DNA from: Balanoglossus misakiensis
Taxonomy: Eukaryota; Animalia; Hemichordata
Length of the DNA: 64,000 nt
Assembly (NCBI GenBank): GCA_040954595.2
Contig: CM082579.2
Span: forward strand, 5,204,879-5,268,878
Direction of reading: 5' to 3'
The notes beneath the pieces were generated by a model. It was not told the origin of the DNA. It saw only the letters and a program-made list of their open reading frames with translations, and made no database searches. Shown one piece after another: positions 1 to 12,100 of the stretch. The position numbers and the translations under genes were made by a program. Positions within the stretch are counted from its first letter, which is position 1. Each line of letters starts with the position of its first letter.

Positions 1-1
1 T

Positions 2-84
2 TTAATCCTTTCACCTCTATAGAGGTCTCACTTTACCATAGAAAACAATGGATTTGGACCAAACCATGGCAGCTAAAAGGTTAA
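2..84. mobile_element. Short TTAA-flanked MITE-like element
   Basis: TTAA-TCCTTT at the left end and AAAGG-TTAA at the right end (imperfect inverted termini). A degenerate similar core (ggatt..accaaac..tgg) occurs at ~6103-6196. Confidence 0.45.
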
Positions 85-143
85 CCTTTCACAATGTACC
101 AGGATGATGTTGTGGCTCCCAGCAATAAAAAAATAGTACTAAC

Positions 144-3100
144 CTCTTCATCTGTTGTGGCTTGGACCAACTCTGTTTTAACATCTCCGGGTTGAATGTT
201 GGTCACCTTGACGCCTGTTCCAACCAACTCCTGCCTCAGTGCACACGACATGCCTTCCACAAAGAACTTAGTCCCCGAGTACACAGCCAGTCCTGGGAAG
301 CCCTGTACATTTAAAGTCAACATGTTGGGATTAATGTCCAATATGAGCACACATTGCCGGAAGTCATGAATCTTTGCATATAGTGTGCATCCAAAGTCAC
401 AAAAAATTCTGGACGATATACTTTCTTTTCATTTTGTAACTGTAAATACTTGCCCTCCTGCCTGCATCCGATGATATGTTGACAATGTGTCCCTTGCCCC
501 TTGAGATCATACCGTCCAATACAGCACCAATACTGTTCAATACACCCTAGAAGAGGAGAACCAATCAAAGGACAGAATTCACCATTGTGTAATCAGAACA
601 ATCAAAAGAATCTAAAATAACCAAATGTCAAAAGTTAAGAGACTTTGTCCCTTTAATCTGTGGACAAAAGTGACTTCATCTGCTCCTGACCTTGCAGTTG
701 ACATCCACTGTCCTCTCCCACTCATCTTCGTGTAAATTCTTCATCATGGTGTAATACATGATGCCGGCATTGTTGACGATGATGTCCACCGGTCCGAGAG
801 TTGATTCTGTGTGTCTGACCAGCTCCTTCACCTGCAAGATTTCATGAATACCATATGTATTCTGGGGGTTTAATGATTTTTTGTCAACGCATAAACAGAC
901 TTGGTACAGTAACACACAAATTGGAATGGCGTTTCATTCTGCTAGGAGGGCCCATATTGCATACTGTGTGATTATTTATACTATAAATAAGAATTATCTC
1001 TCGCCTAACACCAGCTCCTACTTACTTCACTGCGGTTACAGACGTCTGTTTTGACCGCGATGGCCACTCCTCCATTCTTCTCAATAGTCTCCCGCACCTC
1101 GCTCAGTCTGTCTTCCCGTCTTGCTGCCATGGCAACCATAGCCCCAGCCTCAGCCAGTTGGGTAGCAACAGCCTTGCCAATCCCACTGGATGCGCCGGTC
1201 ACTATGGCTACACGGTCTTTCAATAGTTTTTGATCTGAAACAATATGGAATATATAAACTGCATGATTCTGCACAGAACTGAATGCTGCACCCCCAGGAG
1301 ATAAGTGGCATCTAAACAAACTAAAAGGGACTCGATGGGAATATCAAACACAGTGATAAATCTGCTGTACTATTCACCTGAACTAAGAGCTGCCATGATG
1401 GTCTGTGTATAATAGGGGGAGTACATGCACCAGGTTCACAAGAGGCCAGAGGTTATGAACTCCCTGCTGAATACCCATAAAGAAACATTGAAGTCTGCGA
1501 CCTGGGTGTTTGTCGCCCTCTAGTGATCACTTTTGCAGTAGCCCCCACACACTGTTTTAACGAAATTATATACAGAACTTGAGAAAAATAAATTTAATTT
1601 GATTGTGAAAAGACAACAGAGAGCAGGTACACTTGATGAATACACTTACCGTGAATATATCGTTTTGGTTGAGCGATGACATTCCTCTGTGCCAGATTCT
1701 TGAAGTAAACGGAAAGCAAGTCACTATTGAGGGACGGATAGGACATGCCAAACTCGGACAAAACGGCCTGCAAGTTGGTCAAACTGAACTTACTCAGTTC
1801 TGTAAATACTGATGAATTCCTAGACACAAAATCGAAACATGTATTGTCATAAAAAATCATGCTAGAGACTTGGAATAACACAGCACTGTGTGGGGAAATT
1901 AAAGTTTTGGGGCTGAAGTTGTACTAAGATAATGTACTATAGATGGATTTGTCTTGTACACAGTTCCACTATTCATATCTGAATGATTTTGTCTTGAACT
2001 CCGGAATACTTACGAAGCAATATTGTCCAACATTCCCCCAAGCTGCTGGTCTTCGTCGGTGTGATTGGAATTCTTTAAATCTTCAATTTTTCTGCGCCAT
2101 TCTTCAAAAGGTAACAGCTGTATCGGGTAACCATGGGCCTTCATCCACTCAAACAACCACCTGCAATTTTGATGAAAAATGAAAATTTTCAACGCTAGTT
2201 TTCTAACTTTACACAAAATGTGTTTTAAATAGAATTGATTGGGTATTACAGAACCACTGAAACAACCCTGAAATGACTGAGTGACTGATTGAGGCATAGA
2301 ACAGATTACATAATATGAAATACAATTTATGCAACACAGCAGCGTGTCTGTCAATGTCATGTACAGATGGACTAATTCCATTGTACTATCAGACATTAAC
2401 ATGAAAAAAAAAGATACTTTGCCCTGCAAATACAATAGATTATTTTAACTTTATCACTTGCACAGCCTTTGGTACGGATCAAAGGCTTATTAAACACTAT
2501 GTCTCGGTTAAACATTAAATAAAAAGGTCATTTTCTGTACAATTATAATGAATGTCACCAATTGACATTTAACTGGAATAACAAGGCAAAACAGTATCAT
2601 CATTAATGCAGTCTTTTTTGAGAGATTTACAGTCAGCAGAATACGAGATCCCTTGTGTTCGACTGCTGGGAGCAATTCATAATGGGGGAATACTATTCTT
2701 AGAAAACAGGATGACATGCTGGCATACCGTAAAATATTAATAGCACTCTTTTCAAACAGAAATATAAATTGGAGTGAAAATTTAACAGGACAATCAGTGT
2801 ATACATTGAAAATATACAAAATATGTCATGAATTTAGACTACAAGCATATATCCTTGAACCTGAATGGGCTTTAGACAGGAAAAGTAATATTTGTCACAG
2901 AGATAAAAATTGTGCAATTTGGTAGGATTTTCTTTGAAGAAATATATCAGAATACTCATATCTCTGTCAGTTCGAATTATGTAGTCTGAATTTAAAAAAG
3001 ACTGCCTTACCGCGATGCAAGAGGCCTAGGATTGACCATGTGAAAGACTTTGCCCATAGCCAGCATGATGTTCTGTGTGAGCTGCACTATAACACTGCTG

Positions 3101-6100
3101 ACAAAGTCTACGGGCGTCATCTCGATGCTCCAACCAACGTCCGGGGCACTCATTGTTCTGACACACCCCCTGATCAATAAAAGATTGGAGTCCATTGGAT
3201 TCCAGGCGGCCTGGGTACTGTCTCCTGATAAGTTGCCTGTGACGAGATACAAATGATTAGGTAACATTTTAAGCTGCCTCAGGGGGAGCTAAGACAATTG
3301 GCCTGCTCGGCAGGCAATGAGAACAAAAGGATTTGCAGTTGTTTTAAAAAAATCACTAATTAGCATACGCTGGAAACCTGTTGCAGGTATAGATAAGGTG
3401 AAAATCAAGACTCGGTCAAAATGTGACGCAAAATTTTCACCCATTTTCTAAAACACATTGCTCTAAATTTTACACACCTGGTCTATAGACTGCAATGGGT
3501 AGTCCCCTTTCTCTGGCATTCAACACAAGCTGTTCAGCCACCCATTTAGTCTGGCTGTACCCGTCATGAATTTTGTCTGCGTATTCGGTCATTTCAGCAT
3601 CTTCCATGGCGTTTTCCGATCCACTCGGGAATACACTGTTTGTGCTGAGGAAGGGAAAAGATTGGGTTCAATTTTGTCAGAACTTTGTGTAATTCCTTCA
3701 TGATGTGTCTAGAGAACTGACGGCAAAACACAGCAACATGCGAGGATCTACTTTCCAGTTTCGGAATGACTGAACTTCATTTCTACTAACCTGATGTAGT
3801 GAAGAGGTTTGATTTTATTGCTGCACGCAAACAGCAGGATGTTCTGCGTGCCCAGAACGTTGACCCCATGCAGAGCTTTGTACGGGTAAACCAGATTGAC
3901 GTAGGCTGCTGCATGAATTATGAAATCAACCTGTAAAAATATTGAATGAAAACTTATCATTTTTATGTAGGCTGCATTTACTTGATTAACGGAAACAATG
4001 TGAAAGGTCGCTTGTCACCTATGCAATTTAACTACAGATCTCTTGATAAAAGCACAGAAATTCTAAAATGAAGTTCTTCACCTCATATGTCAAATGTGTG
4101 TAATCTTCAACGTTCATTCCCAGGTTAAGTAGAGACACGTCACCTGAATAAAGACATAAGAAGTTATCAATGAGCATTCCTTTATATGAAAATAAATTTG
4201 TCAATTTTATGTCAAAAATACAAAAAAAAAATATGAGTTTTTATATAGGCAAACAGTAGAACTTTAATTCCGTATTCATGAAAAAATTCAAATCAGCTGA
4301 AATGTGAAAAACTATCATTAACATTTCTGTTTGCTTCAATCACATGGAATGTCTGGTCAGTACAGCACCTGGTTTTGAAGGACTGGTAGTAAAAAACCTG
4401 TCTCCTACCTTTCATGGGTGCAACCCTGTTCTCAAATTCTTCCAAGATCATCTTCTGTTCCGCCGTTCCGTTTCCGCCATCCGGCAGTATTCCGTATTCT
4501 CTGAGAACTCCCAGCAGACGTTCCCTACAGTTGGACTCCGGTGGTTCCCGCACCAGGCAGTAGATGTACAGCTGAAGAGAGAGAGAGAGAGACCAGCAAA
4601 ACTATTATCACACAAAAAAGTTCTCAGTGAGAACAATTTCTGCTTTCATGACATATCAAGAATATTACAAATGCGACATCTATACGATGAGTAATTACCT
4701 TAGTGTCTCTGAGCAGATCTCTCAACAGGAACGCCCCCAGGAATCCAGTGGCACCCGTCAGTAAGACACGCCCTCTTTTCCATCGATTGCCATACTGTAT
4801 AGACCGCCAGAACGCCCTCAACTGCATGTCTATACTGACAACACCTTGGCTGTGCTTGCTTACTTCGGCCAACAGATCCAGCTTAGACTCTTCCTGCGTA
4901 AAGCTACAGACATGATAAGCAGATCAGAAAAAGCACTGATGGTTCCATGTGTTGGGGATATTTGCATTGATGTCGCAATGAAATGAAACGTGGAAGAGAT
5001 GAAGATGATAAATTACTAATAATCAATGTAACAATGCAATCTTACGTTTGTCCACTTTCTTTATGTTGCAGTTTTGAATCTATCAGCTTGGCCATCGCGG
5101 CAACCGTGGAATGCTGGAAGAGGTCCTTGACAGTGACGTCGACCTTGAACTTGTCTGTGATCAGCGAGAGCAGCCTGGCCGCCAACAAGGAATGTCTGTG
5201 AGTAAAGAGAGACAAGATACTGGGTGATGAATAACTATTCTGTGGATGAGTTAGGTGGCCACATACAGTGGTTTCAGATGCAGGAGTGCAAGTGATGTTT
5301 GTCCTTGTGTTTTTCAGCGGCATTTATGCATATGAGCAGACTACAAGTTGTAACCACTACTGTAACCAGGTAACATGTGAAAACAAATGCCCGAAAGAGT
5401 TTCACCTCTAGAGGGCTTTCTGCTCACAGTGGTGATAACAAGTGAGAGGTACTTCTCATTCTTTTCACTGTCACACGACAGGTTCAGCGAACTAAAAGCA
5501 ACAACCGGAGACTCACTTTGACTTCAGCCATCATGACAAAAATAAGAAATCTATGGAGAGTAAACGATTTACGTACCCGCCTAAATCAAAGAAATTCTCC
5601 TGTATGTCCAGAGATTTGACCCGCAGGATATCCGACCAGAGCAGCGCCAGCGTTTTCTCGGTCTCTGTTGACGGGGAGGTCATCTCATCTCGGTCCCTTT
5701 CACTGCCCTGATCTAACGGAGGCAGAGCTTTCTTGTCGAGCTTGCCAGACGCGGCAAGTATCGGAATGCTGTGTGTGAGAAAGAGCAGGAACACACATTG
5801 GCTTACATCAACCTCCACCCCACATTACGGCCCTAAAAGCACAGATAGTCGCAACATGAAAATTTTACCTGGACAAGAAAACCATGTATGACGGGATCAT
5901 GTGAAAGGGTAGTCTCTTCTTCAGCTCTGCGCGGATTTCCTTCTTGGTGGCGTCGTTGTTGGGCACGATGTAGGCCACCAGGAATTTATCGGTGCCCTCT
6001 TCACCCTTGACAAGCACCACGCACGCATTTACCATAGGGATCTCGAGCAGAGCTGATTCCACGGCCTGCAGGGGAGACAATGTAAGACATAGGAAGCTGT

Positions 6101-9100
6101 TGTTTAACTCTATCAGTCACCCCCGTTTCTCTGCATATACATTCAACCAGTGGTCACAAAAGAACGGATTCAACCAAACTGTGGTGGTGACAGGATGATT
6201 TTTCATGGACTTCATCTGGATTCTACATCACAATGTTGCACATTGCCAAAAGAAATGAAATTTGGTGGTCAACTAAAATAACATCTGTTAATTCTGACAC
6301 CCCTCTCCCATTTATTGGCTCATAGACATGACACACATGTATAATTATTTGAAGAAGATGGAAGACATGTTTGTGTAACACACCCCATGCACACACTCAC
6401 AAAAAACCTTGATTCATAACATTTTGTAATAATCAGACTCCTTGCTGCATGAAGCAGGACTGCATGAGTAAGAACTTGAGTCCCCCCGTGGCCCCTCCCC
6501 CAATTTATGTGATATGAGCATGACAAGTTGACACTGACCTGAACCTCAATGCTGTATCCTCGTATTTTCACCATGGAGTCACATCGGCCGCAGATCTCCA
6601 GCTCTCCGCCGTAGAGTATGTATCCCCAGTCACCGGTCTTGTACAATCTGTCACCAACCTGTTCCGGCACCGCTGGTGGCCTCTGGATGAACCGCTCGGC
6701 GTTCAGCTGTGGTCGATTCAAGTAACCCCTTGCCAAGGTAGGACCACCAACATAAATCTAGACAAACCGTGTTGCAGGTTTGAATTTGATACATAAAATA
6801 TCCACAGAATGACCTCAAGATCACAACTTGCACAAAAAAACCTGCTATTTCAATTGTCACACTTTATACACACACTTATTTCTTTCAATCAAAACAGTAT
6901 CATCCGATTGCACATATGAAGATTGATTTCACCTGTTGTAAAATATTTGAAAGTTTAGCACCATTGATCACAACTATCTCATGGTAATATGCTACAATAT
7001 AAGACTTTAATTCCAGCACAGCATAACACAAGACAAATATCTAAAGGCAACACTACGCCAACTTTGGTATGGGTCTGTTTCAACCAATATATGTATATTT
7101 GATTTACCTCTCCTGGTACCCCTACAGGTAATGGCTGTAACTTGTCATCCATGATGACAATCTGCACTCCGGGTAGGAGCTTTCCCACTGGACAGAATTT
7201 TCTTGGCTTCTCACCATCACCCATCTTGTTGGAGAAAAGTAAGAACAACAACCAAAACATGTATGTTAAAGATGTCGTCATATGTGGTTGGTCGTACACA
7301 CCACAGAATAGGCCTACAGTACTCAGGAATAAGATGTGACACATCAACTACTGCAGTGTTCTTTGGAAAATAGACGCAGATGCAAGATTTGTCACATTAT
7401 AGTGGTACAAATAGAAATACTGTTAGAGCATGTTTGTAGGAACACATATTTCCATCGCAGTCATATTTGCATGTACTGTGCTGTCCGAATTCCGAGTTTC
7501 ACCTCCTGCCAGACTTACCCCGCCATTGTACGTTCCATGCGAGAGATCGGCTGTAGCTACGTCATGGCATTCTGAGATGCTGTAGAGATTCAGTAGCTGT
7601 ACCCAGGGCAGAGTCTTGGCCACCCTGTCGCGCAGCGCAGTGGTGACCACTTCACCACAAAACCAAATGATCCTGCATTATAACACAAGAACATATCATG
7701 GCGAAGTTCCTAAGATTTCTGAAAAGGACGCAAGATCAATAGATAAACTAAAAAATTTTGGTGTTTGACATTTCAGCAGTCAAAGTGACGACTGATCAAG
7801 CCGACACTTCCACATGTGATGTGCATGTCTGGACGGTCTCCACTGACCTGAGAGACTTGAGGGCACCTGCGATGTCCAAATTCTCGGTGTTTATGACTGC
7901 CTCCAACAATGACGGTGTGAAGAGAATCCGGGTGATTTTGTGACGTTTTAAGAACTCCACCAGCAATGGAGGATCATAAATGACATTATCTGGGATGATG
8001 TACAGTGGGATTCCTGAAAAAAAATAGAGCGGGTAGGTGTTTTTTTTTTGTTTTCTTCTGATTAACAGAGTTCACATGTGACAGTTGAGTTTGCCTCAAC
8101 TGTCTTATAATTCCACACAGACATGCCTCTAAAGGAAAAAAAATGTCCACAATGCTAAAAAAATGATGCAAATTTACAAGTGATGTCAAAAGTCCTGGAG
8201 CCTACTCGGGAGTCTCAAAGTGGTGTCAAAGGTCACTGTGGTGTCGTCATAACAACTGCGCCATAAACTGCAAAGTGTATCTGTCGTCGGAGTTGTCAGG
8301 GGGGAAAAAATGGCAGAAGTTTAACCTACCCTTCAAGAGGGAACGAAGCATTTCCCACACAAAGAACACATTGCATGCCACTCGCTCCTCGGGCTTGAAC
8401 GGGTAGTTAACGTGTCTCCAGTGATAGGAAAACACGGCGCCGCGATGGGGGCACATGATGCCTGAGAATAAAAGACAGAAATTACTTTGCAGTTGTTTGG
8501 TGTGAAAACAATTATTTGACCAAGAAATTTGTGACAAACCTCACAAACTTGGCAAGGCTGATTTTATTTAATTTCTCTCATATAGATTTGGCCAGTCAGT
8601 ATAAATAACGCACACAATTTTTTCCACAAAGCGGGGTTTTGTGAAAATTATTTTCCCAACTGAACCTAAAGGAGACACACAAAATAAGCCTTGCCCAACT
8701 TTCCCTTCAATACAATACAATGTGAATGCTGAACAATAAAAAAATTACCATTTTATTTACTATAATTGTCAATTGCTATTCTGTATTGTTTGGTACGTGT
8801 GAACATCTGTGCAGTTTTATCATGATTTATAACTTAGTTGAACCTTATACATATAAAATGACCTTTTACCCCTTTCGGATTTGCATGATTTTACCCTTAT
8901 ATGGCAAATTTGATGACGTATTGACAGCGTCCGTAAATAGAACAGTACGTTGCTTGGTTGCAATATGGTACATGTAGGTCCCTGGTAATAGAACTTGGCT
9001 GGAGGACTTTCGCTCTTATGCATGATACATGCTGAACAGTCAAAGTTTATAAGAACTCGACCGATCAACTGAACTGGACTGGGGTCACGTACGAATAAGT

Positions 9101-12100
9101 GAGTGCTACTATCGTTGGTAATAATTAATTTGGATTTTGACTGTGCTGATCCAAAATATTTGGGCTAACACCTCTACTGAGCTCTCTTGGGCAACATTAG
9201 CTTGCTAGGTTCATGTTTTGCAAATTTTTTGGCCAAAGAATATTTTTACACCAAAGACCTAATATATGATCAATGGAAAGCACTTTTATTTCTGTGTCAC
9301 CAAAAATTGTAGAACAGGAAGTGTGTTTTTTTTTATTCCAATGAGTTGTTTACAAAATCTCCAGCGTCATGTAGTGTATGTACGGTAGTATGCGAACTGG
9401 GTTTCCTGTTTTCATGGTTTGATTTTATACAATGCATGGATATACTCTTAGTCCCTCAATAACTGAGACAAGCAGGATTCACTGTGTTATCTGCACTGGT
9501 CAGATATATTATTAAGTTCTTAAATTGGGGATCAGTAATTTCTTTCTGCTCAATTGCAGTTAAACACCAACATCTCTACCCACAATGGAAGGAATTTTTG
9601 GAAACCGTGATAATGTGGCGTTTGGAGTAAAGAAGGAAGACCCATGTCGAGGGTACATGCCAACACCTCCACCTGAGATGGCAGGAATAAGGGGAAACAG
9701 TGAACATGGTGATCCTCTCTGTCAAAAGGAAGACAGAGGTAGTGAAAGACTCAATCCCCAGGATTTTGAAGCATATAGGTTGTATCTGTCTAAGCACATC
9801 AAGGCTACCATACAGCAGATTGAAGAAAACACCGGGATGACCATTGATGAGTTTACGATTGGAAAATCGACCGCAAAATACTTGGCTGGGGGTGAGCTGG
9901 ATTACAGCAACCCCAGAAATCGATGGAACACATATTACAAATCAAAGTTGAGGTATGATGGTTTCACTATCATCGCAGAAGTTACAGAAGACATGGTACC
10001 ACGTAAGACGAGGGATAAATTCAGTCACATTGACCCGCAACAATACGCACTTGCTCTGGAACAGAGTCTGATTCATTACTTCATCTTTACGGATCCTGAT
10101 CAACGCTTGGCAAACCACTCTTTTCATCCCGGCAACTTGGCAGAGACCCTGCCAGTGGGAATTGTGTACTTTGCATATAAGTTTGATTCGAAGAAGAAAA
10201 TCCCCGAATATGACGCCGTTTGCCAGGGAGGAAAGGGATACGCTTTTAAGTTAGAAGATGCAAGCGAAACCATCAGTTCAGCAGCAGATGAGGCTGAATC
10301 ACTCGAGAAGAGAATTGCATCGGTCCTGAGAAATGTCGAAGATAAAAGTGGAAAAGAAATTGAGGAATTCACCATCGGTCAATCCCATACAAATCACAAT
10401 AAAGTAAAGTGTGAGACATGTTTCAGATTCGAACCCATGAATCCAGAGACTTGGCATCTTGCGGATGGAATTGACGACCTTTGGAAGGAGAAGTTCCTTC
10501 CGGATGGTTACCATGGACTTATAGTTGTTGCAGCAATAACCAATGACATGGTGCAAGGTGCAGCCAGAGGAAAGTACCAGTGCAGACACCAATATCAATG
10601 TGCCAAAGCTATCATGGGGAACCTGAACTGGCGGTTTAAAGCGAAGACCAGAAGCATTAACCAACAGCCAATGTACCTCAAATATAATCCACTGGGTGAG
10701 AAGGAAAGGGTATGGAAAAAGGACGTCGCCAATGCATCTGTTTTGTATGTAGCGTACAAACTGGAACCTAGCAGAGAACATGTCGAGCAAGGAGGCCTCA
10801 GTTTCAACGAGACTGACATTGAAGGTAAAACTTTCGCAAAAGCTGCAATGCAGTTGAAAGAGAAGATTAGCACAGTACTCCAAGAAATTGAAAAGGGAAA
10901 TCAAAGGAGGATTAAGGTGTTCGAAGTTGGCAAAACCTGCGCACAACGAATTAGAGAAGTAGGCAGCTACTTGAAGTTCAAGGTTAAGGAGCACACAACT
11001 TGGAATACGACAGAGCTGACAAAACTGTGGGACGGAAGCCGAAGCAAATTTGACGGAATGGTGGCAGTGGGTGCAGTTACTCGTGACATGGCCATATGCA
11101 AGGTTAAGAAAGATGAAGGTGACAAGCACAACATCCAACTTCAGTACACCAGGAAGCTGCAGGATGCAGTAACTGCATATTTTGAAGAGGATCCCAACTG
11201 GCACGAGAAATGTCAACGGTCTGCATACCCTTTCCCTTACGAAAGCTGCTGGGCTGGAATTTTATTTGTAGCATACAAATTTGGGGAAGATGAGGGTCAT
11301 TTCAAAGTTGAGAGCAGAGATGGAGAAGAAGAAGAAGAAAGAGACGATGATGATGATGATTATCAAGAGGAAGAAGAGAATTGGCAGCAGCAGTGGCAGA
11401 AGATACCCTGCGACCACCAGACAAAAAAGATGGTTTAAAAAAACAACAACAATAGAAATCCTACCTTTAGGCTTTCCAGTGGTGCCAGATGAGTAGACAG
11501 TATAGGCCAGGTTGTCCAAGGTCATCTGAGGTGGACTGTCAAATGGAGGATGCCTGCTGTTTTCTGTACGCAGTCTCTCTGGCCAGTTCTCGTCCAGGAT
11601 CACCACACTCTTTGCACCTGAGAATCACCGAGATGAAATTTAATATTCATAATTTGCAAAAAGCATTTGCGGCATGCTTAATGAGGGTGTTTATTTTCCA
11701 AGGGGGTGGATTTGTTTCCATAAAGGTATAATCAAGTTTTTCCTGGAAAGATTGCTGTCTACTTTCTTGTGAATTTTTGTAAAAATAAATGTTGCACATT
11801 TAATAATGTGTGGTGATGTTAAGTATCGGTACTGTACAGGAGAACATGAGATGAAAGGGGTGGGGGAATCTTTGTCATAATTGCTCCCTTGCCCCCATGA
11901 AGACTGTGATGCTATTCAGCCATTGGATGACCTCTCACCTTTGACATTCTCTGCTATACTCTCATTGGTGACAACAGCAATTGGCTGGGAGTCTTCCAGA
12001 ACTGATGACAGCAAGGGTGGAGGATAGGAGATGTCTATGGGTAGGTATGCACCGCCTGTTGATGGAAAATATAACAAGGGAGGTCACATAATAAAATAAT

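Noticed and set aside
10299-11216. 305-aa minus-strand ORF overlapping the nested gene
   Set aside because: It is the antisense shadow of the 617-aa ORF. It has no motifs, and the host exons on either side (11465 and 8461) already join in frame as GKPKG-IMCPH.
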